Below are positions 37,493 to 48,393 of a DNA stretch of 64,000 bases, piece after piece. The translations under genes were made by a program, and so were the position numbers. The stretch covers positions 32,001-96,000 of the IMG/VR virus record IMGVR_UViG_2595698451_000001; one strand, 5' to 3'. Below the pieces are notes generated by a model, which saw only the letters and a program-made list of their open reading frames with translations, was not told the DNA's origin and made no database searches. This DNA is from a virus (Duplodnaviria > Caudoviricetes). The stretch's first letter is position 1; each line of letters starts with the position of its first letter.

Positions 37493-38997
37493 ATGTCTTT
37501 TTTAAAGCACCTGCTGCCCGGGTGGAAAAGAAACATAGAGAATAAGACCACAGCAAATGGGGCTATTCTCGCAGCTATAGACACAGAGCTTACGAGCACT
37601 GAGATTGACATGATCAATAGTAAGACGCTCATGTCCTTAGACACTGCAACAGGGAAAGTGGCTAGATCAGTATGGCTCCCTGTTCGGTGTGCTGCGTAAA
37701 GATCAGGAAAGCGATGACGACTACAGAAAACGTATCATTAGCTATGTGCTGCTAAAGAGAGGTACCATCCCTGCAATCATTGACGCTCTCAGAGACTACC
37801 TTCAAGACTACAGTTCATACATAGAAATATACGAGCCGTACACGAATGTTTTCATTCTAAACCATTCCAAGCTTAACAGCAAGGACCATTTCCTCGGAGA
37901 ATACTACACTGTAGCGGTAATCGACATCAAGTTTTCCCGTCCCTTCCCGGCAGACATTATGGGCGTTATAAACGAGTTCAAGCCAGCTGGAGTAACTGTA
38001 AGGTTGACGTATCAACCGGGAGCAAATAACCCTGACGCACCTATTATAGACTCTGGTATTGATGACAAAGAAGGATTGTCAAGCATCGAATGGCTCAGAA
38101 TCATGAATGGTATGAACGACCGTATTCGAGGGCATCTAAGTTTAACTGCACGATCCCGTGATGACAACGATAACAGTGGAGTCTTTAGGTTGAATCACAG
38201 TAAACTGAACTCTAATGACCGTCTTGCAGGGGCGTTCTCGGTAGGTAATGCTACTTACAACCTCGCTTCATTCTCTACTGCGGACTTAGTCTTTAATAAC
38301 GATACAAAAATAGCAGACGTACTCAGCGAGACAGAGAGCATGTCTTCAGACTTCTACACTAAGACCGGAGAGATCAACGATCTTTATGCTGCTCAGACAG
38401 TAGATGGCACTTCCAACAGTTATTTGTATTTCACAATGGATGTAGCTACTTATTTTGATGTGAACTACAGCAGCTACCTCCGAGAGGTACAGCCAGACGG
38501 TCTATACAACAAAGACACCTATTTAGCTCTAATAGACTCTCCATATGTCCAGTACCAAATGAACGCTATGTTACCGTCTACAAAAGCAACGCAGTATAGC
38601 CTACAGCTGTTCAACCTCGGTACCTCAACGTGGGATACGGTGGACAGTGGTACATTAAGTGTAGCGTATACGCAAGGGAAAGCGGCTATAGCGGGTATGG
38701 GGGACTATCTATCTGACAACGGTATTCTGTTTACCCGAGTTAGTCTAGAGCCAAATATTGGCACGTTAAGTTATGACGGTGGCACCTTCACCGACACAGA
38801 AGTGACTTCAGTTATAGACGGTGGAGACTTCAGTGCAGTAACTCCGGCAGGAACAGTAGATGGGAACGTAAGTGAACCTTATGAGTTTAGAGCTCGGGTT
38901 CTACGAGTTTGGATTTATGAAAGACGTAGCAGTACGACCGACTATAGCCATGGGGGAAGAAGTTACAGGAAGTGGAACATTAGTCCCTATTCAATAA
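37493..38997 (+). CDS. Baseplate protein; apparent frameshifts near 37655 and 38886
   Basis: Repair gives LDTATGKWLDQYGSLFGVLRKDQESDDDYRKRI and ..FKPAGV; likely true stop TAA 38995-38997. Confidence 0.7.
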
Positions 38998-39022
38998 TTA
39001 ACAGAGAGGTGGAGACTTACTA

Positions 39023-40159
39023 ATGGCAGACGTAGAAAAAAGAAAGATAAAACTTCGTAGAGGGCAGGAAGCAGACTTACCAACTCTTGATGAGGGGGAG
39101 CCCGCCCTTACGTTAGATACTAACAAGTTCTTTATCGGAGGTACGACTGGGAACATCCAACTAGCCGATCAAAAAGACTTGGAAACTCTCTCAAGCAGTG
39201 TAGACAGCGTAAAAGAGGACATCAGCACAGCCCAGACCGATATCAGCGGTTTAAAAACAGATGTAACTACTACTAAAGAAGACGTTTCTAAATTACAGAC
39301 AGACGTATCTACAGTCAAGACAGACTTAGACACCGCAGAAGGTAACATCGGGTCTCTTCAAACAGATATGACCGCAGCTAAGGCAGATGTATCCACATTA
39401 AAGACAGACATGACTACAGCAAAGTCGGACATCTCTACTTTGAAGTCTGATGTAGGTAATGCAAAATCAGATGTATCTACTCTAAAGTCGGATATGACTA
39501 CAGCAAAATCAAACATATCTTCTTTGCAGACGGACACCGGGTCTTTACAGACGGACGTAGGTGGTCTTAAAAACCTCATCAGCTCTAGTAACGGGGCAGT
39601 GGATGTGGGGGACGCTGCTATGGATGCCACAATTAAGGGTAAAGAAAAGGTATCAATTGCGGCTCCTGTACTAAATGTATCCTCTAGAGAAACATACCAT
39701 CAAGGGAACTTTTGCAATCATGCAATATTCTCCAGCTCTGAGGCTGTCGCACCTGCTACACTGCCTAAAGATACCTATACTGATCTTACAGCGGTTCTAG
39801 ACACCGTAGATTCCGCATTCCCCGCCGGATCAGCTTCGGCAGCAGCATATACAGTACCGAGAGAAGGTGTTTACTCCTTCAACGTTACGGTTAAAGTAAC
39901 GACAGCGGTAACGGCTACAGCAGGGTACATTCGGTTCGGATTGAAACAAAGTAGAGGAGAGACTGTAACAGACCTTGACATCCAAGATGTACATTACTCT
40001 AATGCTTTCGGTACCCCATTATTAAGTGCAACCTTTATTTATAAATGCGCTGCGGGAGACGTTATCACACCAGAGATAAAACCATTGACTGAGGATATCA
40101 CAGTAGGTGCAGGTTCGAAGTGTAGTATCTACTTCCTCGGAGATAGTATTCAAGCTTAA
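39023..40159 (+). CDS. Trimeric fibre protein: short N-terminal anchor, heptad-repeat stalk, beta-sandwich (C1q-like) head
   Basis: KIKLRRG..LDEGEP..FFIG; about 19 D(V/I/M)STLK(T/S)-like heptads; YTVPREGVYSFNVTV. Confidence 0.75.
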   Translation: MADVEKRKIKLRRGQEADLPTLDEGEPALTLDTNKFFIGGTTGNIQLADQKDLETLSSSVDSVKEDISTAQTDISGLKTDVTTTKEDVSKLQTDVSTVKTDLDTAEGNIGSLQTDMTAAKADVSTLKTDMTTAKSDISTLKSDVGNAKSDVSTLKSDMTTAKSNISSLQTDTGSLQTDVGGLKNLISSSNGAVDVGDAAMDATIKGKEKVSIAAPVLNVSSRETYHQGNFCNHAIFSSSEAVAPATLPKDTYTDLTAVLDTVDSAFPAGSASAAAYTVPREGVYSFNVTVKVTTAVTATAGYIRFGLKQSRGETVTDLDIQDVHYSNAFGTPLLSATFIYKCAAGDVITPEIKPLTEDITVGAGSKCSIYFLGDSIQA

Positions 40160-40185
40160 AGAGCCAGCTCTAATGGCTCTTTTTT
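40159..40185 (+). terminator. Intrinsic terminator
   Basis: AAGAGCCA/TGGCTCTT plus T-run. Confidence 0.75.
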
Positions 40186-40278
40186 GTTGTATGGTATAAT
40201 AAGTTTATGGAACTAGATACTGTTATATTAGTAATAGATACTGTTTACGAATGAGACACGAGAGGGTGAAAATGAATA

Positions 40279-40809
40279 ATGGCTACTTCTACACTTTATT
40301 CCCATATTTATGACGCCATTCAGTTACAGTCAAAATGGGATAATGCATATTTAGTCTTTGGTAAGACATCTCCATGGACAGACGAAGACAACCCCCCGCA
40401 AGAAGACCCTAATGCGGCAGCCATTCAAGAGATTGTTGGTTATAAAAAAGTAAGACAATTCTCACTGGCAAGACCTCTAGAACAAGGGGAGCAGCCTACA
40501 GACACGCCTTATCCGGTTGTGACATACAACCAGCAGCAGTGGGTACTCATCCCTGTAGATAAAGCTTATACGGAAAAGGCTCGATGGGTGTACATAGAAG
40601 CGGAAATACAACCAGACGATTTTGCACTGGGAGAATACAGACAGGTTGGTATTCATGTAGACCTAAAGCCTGCTAATGGAGTAACGAAACAGAGCTTACT
40701 ACCTTCCGAGGTCGCAGACCCGGGAATTTTGCGCTTCTATGAAAATAGAAAGAGACAAACAAGAACATCCAGTGTGTATGCATTAGAACAATTCTTAGTT
40801 AAATTATAA
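40279..40809 (+). CDS. Baseplate structural protein
   Basis: YLVFGKTSPWTDEDNPP..EIVGYKK..YRQVG. Confidence 0.7.
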   Translation: MATSTLYSHIYDAIQLQSKWDNAYLVFGKTSPWTDEDNPPQEDPNAAAIQEIVGYKKVRQFSLARPLEQGEQPTDTPYPVVTYNQQQWVLIPVDKAYTEKARWVYIEAEIQPDDFALGEYRQVGIHVDLKPANGVTKQSLLPSEVADPGILRFYENRKRQTRTSSVYALEQFLVKL

Positions 40810-40823
40810 AGGAGTGAAATACT

Positions 40824-43800
40824 TTGGCAGATATCAACTTCGGTGTATCACCGTATAACGATAGATTTAACCCGGATAGTAACAGAACCAAGGTACTTTT
40901 TAGACCTGACCGAGCACTCCAACAAGCTGAGCTAAACGAACTACAGTCTATTGCTGAGTATAACGTTAGACAGTTAGGTGACAGCCTCTTTGAGGATGGA
41001 GCAATGCAAACAGGGATGTCCTTCTCTATCGACTCTGAAGCTAAGACGATCACAGTCGAAGATGGATCAGTATACCTTGCTGGTCGAGTTCGGGTATTCA
41101 AGAAACAAACAATCCCTTTCAACAGCACAGGCAATGAAAAGATCGGTGTAAAACTTGAACAGAAGATCCTCGACTACAACATGGACCCTACTCTTCTTGA
41201 CCAAACTCAAGGAGTGGATAGCTACCTATCTCCGGGTGCAGACCGATTAGAAGAAACTGTTGTTCTCACAAACAATGATGACAGCGCTCCAACTATTTAT
41301 GAGTTCAATGACGGCGCCCTCTTTGTGCAGCCAGATCGTCCAGAGTTCTCTCTGATTAACGACACACTGGCGCAGCGTACATATGAGGAGTCCGGCTCTT
41401 ATCAAGTAGAAGGATTTAAAATGTGGTCTGAAAAGAGTCAGCAAGAAGGTAAAGTAGACCTTCTAGTAGACCGAGGTACTGCTTATGTACTAGGATACCG
41501 GATCAATAAACCCACTGCTACACGTATTCCTGTAGACAAGTCTACTACATTTGCGAACGTAGTGCAAGAGACACACACATACGATACAGCAGTTCGTAAG
41601 TCTAAAATCGGAAGTAGCTCAGTCAAGGATGTAACTCAGGTCATCGCTCGTACACAGAGCCCTGCTGGAGGGGTTACGCTTTCTAAGGGTGCTCAAGATG
41701 GACGGGACGCTCTACCTGCTCAATACACCAGTGTAGACCCGACTACTACAAAAGTTTGGACTACATCTCCAGAGAAATACTATACATATGGTACAGATTA
41801 CAAGATCGTAGAGGAGAATGGCATTCAGTACGTAGACTGGAACACCGGAATGAACGGTACTGAGCCTCCTACTGGTCAATCTTATAACATTTCATTTGAG
41901 TACGACCGAGTGATGCAGCTGAATGTAGACTACAAAGTTACTAAGACTCCGGTAGAAGGTACTGCTGGATGGGATACCTATGTTGACTTTAATGGTATGA
42001 CAGGCATCAAACCTAAAGATGGTGGGCTTATTCGAGTAAGCTACACCTACTATTTAGCTCGTGTAGACCTAATTACTCTTAACAGTAAAGGCGAGTTTGT
42101 AGTAATCCAAGGTCAGCCGGGAAGAGTAGATGCAGCACAAGCACCAGACCACGAGGACCCATTAACTCTTCGTATTGGTACAATCTTTGTGTATCCTAAC
42201 TCTGACCTTGCTGAGACGACTAATGATGGTATTATCCGGTTACGCATGGAAGACCTCCAGAAAATGAAGTCTCGTCTAGAAAACGTGGAGTACAACCAAG
42301 CGCTACTTGCTCTTGAGAACAACTCAATCGTAACTGAAGACCCTCTTGTCTTACGTGGAGTATTCGCAGACGGGTTCGTAGACTTTGACCGTATGGACCT
42401 CAACCAGTCATCTGTCGCAGTAAGCTTCGATGATGCGAGTATCACGCTAATGGTTAACGCACCTTCTGATCAGCAGAAGGCTCCTGAGTTTGCTAAAGAT
42501 AAATCTCTGGCTGCTCTGTGGGGTCGTATCATCACGGCACCTTATACAGAGACCAAAGAAATCTCACAACCTTTGGCTACAGAAGCGATGAACGTTAACC
42601 CGTATGCGGTGTACAACAAGCTAGGTACCTTAAAGCTCACACCATCTGCGGACAACTGGATTGAAGAGAAAAAAGTAACAGTCAACAAAGAAACCACTAA
42701 GACAGTTCGTATGGACAGATGGTGGAGACATAACCGGACTACGACTAAGCACAAGGACCTACAGTACCTAGTTGACAACTTAGACCTAGACGGAAACCAG
42801 CAGTGGGACATGGGTCTTAACTTAGCACAGGATAAGCTCGTAGGACGTACTGGTACCCTCACAGACGTAGCTACTACTGTTCGTGAGTCAGCTATTGAGT
42901 ATATCCGTTCAAGAGAGATTTCCTTCACAGCTGAGAACTTGCAGCCAATGTCCAACAACTTGTACCTGACATTCGATGGTCTACGAGTGAACATCACTCC
43001 AACCGGATCAACTGTAAAAGGTTCTGATACGGGAACGATCATGTCAGATGCAAACGGTAAAGCTTCAGGTAAGTTTACAATCCCAGAAGGGGTACGTACG
43101 GGAGTCCGTGAAGTTGTCCTACAGAACGACAACAACAGCGCTATTACTACATACGTTGCTCAAGGTACTCTTAAAACAACTGAAGAAGTTGTTACACGTA
43201 CCCGGGTTACGGTTAACCTATACGACCCGCTCGCTCAGTCCTTCGCCTTCCCGCAAGACCGAGTAGTAACTAGTTTCGACTTGTACTTCGCTTCCAAGTC
43301 TAGCTCAGAAAATGTTATTGTTCAGGTCCGTGGGCTTTCTGAAGGTGGGTTCCCTAACCAGACTGTTTATGCAGAGCGCATCCTGACTCCAGCGCAGATC
43401 GTAACGTCTAATGACGGTTCTAAGCCTACGAAGGTAGCCCTTGACGATCCGTTGATGTGTAAAGGCGGTCAGAGCTACTGTGTTGTTATTATCACAGACA
43501 GCAATGACTACACAATGTGGGTAGCTACTCTTGGACAGAACCGTATCGACAACCCGTCTACGAAGGTTGTATCTCAACCATACGTTAACGGTGTACTCTT
43601 CAGTTCATCCAACGCTCGTACTTGGACAGTTCACCAAGGTTCAGACCTTAAGTTTAGCGTATACACAGCGCAGTTCCAAGAGAACGCAGTTGTTGAGTTC
43701 AACACAATTTCAGACTTAGATTCTGACATGATCCTGCTTATGGCTTCATACTTGACTCCGAATAACACTGGATGTTTATGGGAAGTAAAAGTAGTTCCTA

Positions 43801-44324
43801 AAGCGGACGTAGGTACCGTGTCCATTGACGATGTACCATGGCAGCCGTTAGCTAACTACATTGAGCAGATCATGAATCCTACTGTAATCGGTCTTGTCAA
43901 GCTGAGAGCTACGTTTAAGGCTAATAGATACATTTCTCCAATGCTAACTCTAGAAGATTTACTGTTCGTAAACTTCATCTCAGAGACTGCCGGAGATTAC
44001 GTGTCTGTGAATATTGACGCAACCTCAGCTCCGTTTAATACTGTTACGGTTCAGTATGATGCAGCTACACCTACAGGAACGTCTGTGACACCTTATTACT
44101 CTTTAGATGCAGGGGAGACGTGGGTCAAGTTCGACAAACCTACAGATGTTCAACGTCAATCTGCTGAGTACAGCCGCTATACGTTTACAAAAAAAGTAGC
44201 AGGTGCCGGACAGAACTTAAAAACTCAGATCAAGTTTAAGCTTGAGTTGAGAGCAGACAACCGATTCGTGAGACCACGAGTAAGACGCTTCACTGGAGTG
44301 TTTAAAGACGAGATCATCTCTTAA
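40824..44324 (+). CDS. Large baseplate/adsorption protein (DUF4815-like)
   Basis: SPYNDRF..VLFRPDRALQQAELNELQS; YDPLAQSF; 1166 aa; TTG start with AAGGAG RBS. Confidence 0.82.
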   Translation: MADINFGVSPYNDRFNPDSNRTKVLFRPDRALQQAELNELQSIAEYNVRQLGDSLFEDGAMQTGMSFSIDSEAKTITVEDGSVYLAGRVRVFKKQTIPFNSTGNEKIGVKLEQKILDYNMDPTLLDQTQGVDSYLSPGADRLEETVVLTNNDDSAPTIYEFNDGALFVQPDRPEFSLINDTLAQRTYEESGSYQVEGFKMWSEKSQQEGKVDLLVDRGTAYVLGYRINKPTATRIPVDKSTTFANVVQETHTYDTAVRKSKIGSSSVKDVTQVIARTQSPAGGVTLSKGAQDGRDALPAQYTSVDPTTTKVWTTSPEKYYTYGTDYKIVEENGIQYVDWNTGMNGTEPPTGQSYNISFEYDRVMQLNVDYKVTKTPVEGTAGWDTYVDFNGMTGIKPKDGGLIRVSYTYYLARVDLITLNSKGEFVVIQGQPGRVDAAQAPDHEDPLTLRIGTIFVYPNSDLAETTNDGIIRLRMEDLQKMKSRLENVEYNQALLALENNSIVTEDPLVLRGVFADGFVDFDRMDLNQSSVAVSFDDASITLMVNAPSDQQKAPEFAKDKSLAALWGRIITAPYTETKEISQPLATEAMNVNPYAVYNKLGTLKLTPSADNWIEEKKVTVNKETTKTVRMDRWWRHNRTTTKHKDLQYLVDNLDLDGNQQWDMGLNLAQDKLVGRTGTLTDVATTVRESAIEYIRSREISFTAENLQPMSNNLYLTFDGLRVNITPTGSTVKGSDTGTIMSDANGKASGKFTIPEGVRTGVREVVLQNDNNSAITTYVAQGTLKTTEEVVTRTRVTVNLYDPLAQSFAFPQDRVVTSFDLYFASKSSSENVIVQVRGLSEGGFPNQTVYAERILTPAQIVTSNDGSKPTKVALDDPLMCKGGQSYCVVIITDSNDYTMWVATLGQNRIDNPSTKVVSQPYVNGVLFSSSNARTWTVHQGSDLKFSVYTAQFQENAVVEFNTISDLDSDMILLMASYLTPNNTGCLWEVKVVPKADVGTVSIDDVPWQPLANYIEQIMNPTVIGLVKLRATFKANRYISPMLTLEDLLFVNFISETAGDYVSVNIDATSAPFNTVTVQYDAATPTGTSVTPYYSLDAGETWVKFDKPTDVQRQSAEYSRYTFTKKVAGAGQNLKTQIKFKLELRADNRFVRPRVRRFTGVFKDEIIS

Positions 44325-44338
44325 GGAGGAGAGGCTTT

Positions 44339-44509
44339 ATGCCGTTAGAGAAACGTGATCCAGTTTCTAAAGCACGCTTGTTTATTCCAACAAATGCAGA
44401 GAGGGCTCTGGTTAAAAGCCAGAACCTCTTGAATGAAAAATTAAAAGAGGTAGACGCCTTGATCGACAAACTCAAGGATGTAGATTCCTCCTCAAATGAC
44501 AGCAATTAG
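44339..44509 (+). CDS. Small hypothetical protein (56 aa; not in ORF track)
   Basis: AAGGAGGAG RBS; MPLEKRDPVSKARLFIPTNAERALVKSQNLLNEKLKEVDALIDKLKDVDSSSNDSN*. Confidence 0.75.
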   Translation: MPLEKRDPVSKARLFIPTNAERALVKSQNLLNEKLKEVDALIDKLKDVDSSSNDSN

Positions 44510-44579
44510 GTGCTATATTAAGGGAGATAGGAGACTATTCTCCCTTTTTTTTTTATTAAATAATACAGGAGGTTTTAGC

Positions 44580-45095
44580 ATGCAAGAACGAGATAGTCTA
44601 TACCACAACTTGCCTAATGCGATAGAGGTTATTTCAATGAAAGTGCTGGAGTTGTCTAAAGCAGTGGAAAAAGAGCTAGGAGACATTGGGGATATCGGAG
44701 AAATATCAACCGAGCTGAATACACTTAAAAGTAACGTAGAATCCCTTACAAAGCAGCTATCTGACCTATCCACACTTGTAGGTACTAAAGCAGACGCCGC
44801 TAAGGTGACCACTCTAGAAGGTCAGATCACCACTATCAACAACACGCTAAAGGGTAAAGCAGATGCCTCTACGGTTACTACTCTCGATGGAAAAGTTACA
44901 AACCTAACAACTGAGGTAGGGAAGAAAGCTGACTCCTCTACAGTTACTACCTTAGACGGCAAAGTAACTTCTTTGACAACTGACGTAAGTAAAAAAGCAG
45001 ACGCTTCAACTGTGACTACTTTACAGCAGCAGGTTGAAGACTTAGCTAACAGAGTAACTGCTTTAGAAAATGGTAGTGGAGGCACTACAACATAA
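44580..45095 (+). CDS. Coiled-coil fibre-like protein with four 21-aa repeats
   Basis: KADAxxVTTLDGKVTxLTTxV repeats; late motif 44511 and AGGAGG RBS before ATG 44580. Confidence 0.78.
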   Translation: MQERDSLYHNLPNAIEVISMKVLELSKAVEKELGDIGDIGEISTELNTLKSNVESLTKQLSDLSTLVGTKADAAKVTTLEGQITTINNTLKGKADASTVTTLDGKVTNLTTEVGKKADSSTVTTLDGKVTSLTTDVSKKADASTVTTLQQQVEDLANRVTALENGSGGTTT

Positions 45096-45098
45096 ACT

Positions 45099-45125
45099 GA
45101 CACTCTAACGGGTGTCTTTTTTTTT
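45099..45125 (+). terminator. Terminator ending the structural module
   Basis: GACACTC/GGGTGTC plus T9. Confidence 0.8.
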
Positions 45126-45340
45126 GCCTATTTTAGATACAGAATACTAAAGGGTTCTGATCAAATTACACCACTACTTTGTCATATTTTATTTTAACTT
45201 ATACTGTATTACTCTTTATATAATTATATATTAATTATTATATATAAATAATAAATACAGAGGGGATAAAATAAAAATATGCGCTACTCGGTTTAACAAT
45301 TCAAGAAATCCCTAATGTGTCAGTAGACTAAAATAAGACA
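45125..45340. repeat. Second AT-rich palindromic locus with TGYCHTATTTTA motifs
   Basis: Shares an exact 20-mer and architecture with 598-1040. Confidence 0.55.
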
Positions 45341-45415
45341 GAATGTTGATGAGACTGTATTTTTGTGGTACAATAGAGAGTGAGATACAGAACCTATAGG
45401 AGGAATGTTACACAC

Positions 45416-48295
45416 ATGAAAATCACTGTTGACACGATGTTTTCACATGTAGACTTTGGCAATGATACTCTCCTCAGAGAGAAAGTACATAAAATTGTTC
45501 ACCATGCTTTAGGTATCAAAGTAGACGGTGTTCAGTATAACTCTGCATACCGGAATGGTTACTGGGACGGTATTACCGACTTCTATGACATGAAAGAAGA
45601 TAAGTTCCATACAGGGCTACTGGATCAATTCTTAGGAGCTATGCGGAAACTAAAAGAGCTGGACCCATCCTTCACATACGAGATAGAAGACGTTAGACCT
45701 GCTCCACGAGTTCATCCAGACGCTATTGACGAACAGATTGTATTAGGGAACGGTGACCAGAACCCCATCACACTGAGAGACTACCAGTACGACTCTGTTA
45801 AATCCATATTCAAGGAGCAAGTAGGGATTGTGAACGTCGCTACTAACGGAGGGAAAACAGAAATCGCCTCGGGGTTTATGCAGCAGGTACTTCCCTATCT
45901 CCAGCGAGGAGAACGAATCGCTTTCTTTACCCACTCCAAAGAGATTTTCCACCAGTCAGCGGACCGGATCATGAAACGACTCAATCTCAAACCAAAAGAC
46001 ATCGGTAAGATTGGGGATGGTAAGTTCGATATCAAAAACAAGAAGATTGTATTCGTTATGGTACCTACTCTTGTCAGCGCATTGAAGGACCCTAAGCAGG
46101 GGATTAAGTTTACGCATAAAGAACGGGTTATCAAGATGATTGCTGAAGATATCACTCCTAAGTTTAGGAACACAAAAAACACCCGGCAGCTGCTTCGGAA
46201 CTTTATAAAAAACTGTAAGCTGACAACAAAGGTCTGGCAGGACGTAGAAGAGCATCTAACATACATAGCCTACGACAATAAATTCACAGATAAAAAAGCG
46301 CAGATGCAGCTTAATAAATACATAGTTGAGTTTGACAAGATCATGGAAAAGAAGAACAAAAATAAATACAAGAAGTACAAAGACACTACAGATTTCCTTG
46401 AGTCTGTAACTGTTATGATTGCCGATGAGTGTCTTGTAGAAGGCTCATTAGTATTACTTCCAGACGGAGGCTGGAAAGCCATTGAGAAAATTAAAGAGCA
46501 GGATGAGATTTATGGGGGGTCAGTATCTAACTTGATCAAAAGGGAAGTCCCTACAGTCGAAGTTAAATCTCGAAATACAGTTTTAGAGGGTAGCCTGACA
46601 CACCCAACTTTTGTGGTTCGAGAAGAGGATTTAGAAAAATATAAAACAAAGGTAAAAACACAGGGAGATTTTGAACAGGTACCTTTGATGAGTGTTAAGT
46701 CCGGGGATTACATTCCAGTCCTCTATAAGCTACCTCACCACACTAAATATAACTGGACTCCTGAGCAGCTCTCACTAGTGGCATTGGTTATGGCGGACGG
46801 ACATTTAGACAAGGATAGTTACGCACCTGATGGAAGAACAAAGGTCAGCAATCGAGTGAAAGTCAATGTATCAAAAGATCAGGAATGGTACTTGGAAGAG
46901 TTTACTCTAGGGGTAAAGTCGTTTAACGGAGACTACGAAGTTAAACACAGCTATGATTGCAGAGGAAACTTAACAGTTAGGAGTACAGACAAGGAGCTTA
47001 AATCTACTCTTGAAAATGTATTTCAAATACCTAGAGGGAAAAAATCACATCTTATAACGATTAATGAACAGATACAGTACGCACCTTTGGAGTCTATTAA
47101 ATCCTTTATCTATACGTACTTTAGTTGTGAAGGAGATATTTCAATCGAAAAAGGAGGTTTAAGGAGAAAGAGCCCTAGTTATCGGTTGTTCGGTAATACT
47201 TGCTCTAAGGAGTTTGCGATAGGTCTACAAAATTTACTTAGAAAATTTGGTATAGTATCTACTCTACAAATCATTAAAAGACAAAATGAAAATCATAACA
47301 CAGTATACCGTGTAGGTATTGCAGGGTCTATGTTCAACAAATACATGGATACCATTGGTATTATGCCGAGAAAAGATATTAAGGAGAGAAACAAAGGTGA
47401 GACGCCTTTAGTGCGTGTAGGGGACTACGTGTTGTCTAAGGTACATTCTGTCGAGTTTTTTGAAGATAAAAAGTATGTATACGACTTTACGACCTCATCG
47501 CATACATTTGTGGCTAATGGGGCATTGACACATAACTGTCACCACTCTAAGGCAGATACCTGGTATACGTCTTTATCAAAGTGTACGAATGCGATATATC
47601 GAGTTGGTCTTACAGGTACAGTTGACAAGAAGGACCCAATGGGCTGGCAGCGGCTCCAAGCAATATTCAGTCAAGTCGTTGTACGAGTATCTAATGATTT
47701 TCTCATCGGGAAAGGAATTTCTTCTAAACCGAAAATTCGATTATTCCCTGTACAAGAGCCTAGAAACATTGAGTTGCTGAATACATACTTAGAGGCGTAC
47801 AAGGCTGGGATTGTAGAGAATGAAGTCCGTAACAAGATGATTGTAGACATCGTGAAATGGTACAAAACGCAACGACCGGGTGGAATCCTTATCAGCGTTA
47901 AAGAGATAGACCATGGAGATAGAATCCTTGATCAACTAAAAGAGCAAGGGTATGACGCTGAGTTCATCCATGGCGGATCAGATAATGATCACCGTACAGA
48001 CAACCTAGAGAAGTTCTCCAAAGGTCAACTGGATATCCTAGTGTCCTCTACGATTATTGACGAAGGAGTGGATATGAAAAGTATAGGTTGTATGATCTTA
48101 GCAGCAGGTGGTAAATCCATGAGGCAACAGCTACAGCGTATTGGTCGGGGTTTACGTTTGAACGGTATTGACGGCAACAGTGTCATGGTCTTTGACTTCT
48201 ATGACCAGACGAATAAGTTCCTGCTCAACCATAGCAAGGAGCGGATTAAAATATTTGGAGAAGAGAAATTCGATGTACGTATTCTGGGAAAATGA
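45416..48295 (+). CDS. SF2 (UvsW-like) DNA helicase containing an intein
   Basis: LRDYQ, ATNGGKT, DE[intein]CHH, GLTGT, QRIGRGLR; promoter TTGATG-17-TACAAT and AGGAGG RBS. Confidence 0.92.
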   Translation: MKITVDTMFSHVDFGNDTLLREKVHKIVHHALGIKVDGVQYNSAYRNGYWDGITDFYDMKEDKFHTGLLDQFLGAMRKLKELDPSFTYEIEDVRPAPRVHPDAIDEQIVLGNGDQNPITLRDYQYDSVKSIFKEQVGIVNVATNGGKTEIASGFMQQVLPYLQRGERIAFFTHSKEIFHQSADRIMKRLNLKPKDIGKIGDGKFDIKNKKIVFVMVPTLVSALKDPKQGIKFTHKERVIKMIAEDITPKFRNTKNTRQLLRNFIKNCKLTTKVWQDVEEHLTYIAYDNKFTDKKAQMQLNKYIVEFDKIMEKKNKNKYKKYKDTTDFLESVTVMIADECLVEGSLVLLPDGGWKAIEKIKEQDEIYGGSVSNLIKREVPTVEVKSRNTVLEGSLTHPTFVVREEDLEKYKTKVKTQGDFEQVPLMSVKSGDYIPVLYKLPHHTKYNWTPEQLSLVALVMADGHLDKDSYAPDGRTKVSNRVKVNVSKDQEWYLEEFTLGVKSFNGDYEVKHSYDCRGNLTVRSTDKELKSTLENVFQIPRGKKSHLITINEQIQYAPLESIKSFIYTYFSCEGDISIEKGGLRRKSPSYRLFGNTCSKEFAIGLQNLLRKFGIVSTLQIIKRQNENHNTVYRVGIAGSMFNKYMDTIGIMPRKDIKERNKGETPLVRVGDYVLSKVHSVEFFEDKKYVYDFTTSSHTFVANGALTHNCHHSKADTWYTSLSKCTNAIYRVGLTGTVDKKDPMGWQRLQAIFSQVVVRVSNDFLIGKGISSKPKIRLFPVQEPRNIELLNTYLEAYKAGIVENEVRNKMIVDIVKWYKTQRPGGILISVKEIDHGDRILDQLKEQGYDAEFIHGGSDNDHRTDNLEKFSKGQLDILVSSTIIDEGVDMKSIGCMILAAGGKSMRQQLQRIGRGLRLNGIDGNSVMVFDFYDQTNKFLLNHSKERIKIFGEEKFDVRILGK
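46430..47536 (+). mobile_element. Intein (369 aa) with LAGLIDADG homing endonuclease domain
   Basis: Begins CLVEGSLV, block B SLTHPTFV, LVALVMADGH and YTYFSCEG motifs, ends YVYDFTTSSHTFVANGALTHN followed by Cys. Confidence 0.94.
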
Positions 48296-48329
48296 TGTAA
48301 CAGTTTTATAAGCACAAATAAATTAGGTA

Positions 48330-48357
48330 TTGACGACTCTGTATAATGTGCTATAAT
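48330..48357 (+). promoter_or_regulatory. SigA-type promoter
   Basis: TTGACG-16 nt-TATAAT with TG extension. Confidence 0.7.
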
Positions 48358-48393
48358 CTGACTATACAATATTACGAATGGAGGAACAGCTGT

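Noticed and set aside
39023-40159. Diversity-generating retroelement target (Mtd-like N-terminus)
   Set aside because: No reverse transcriptase or template/variable repeat pair is visible in the window
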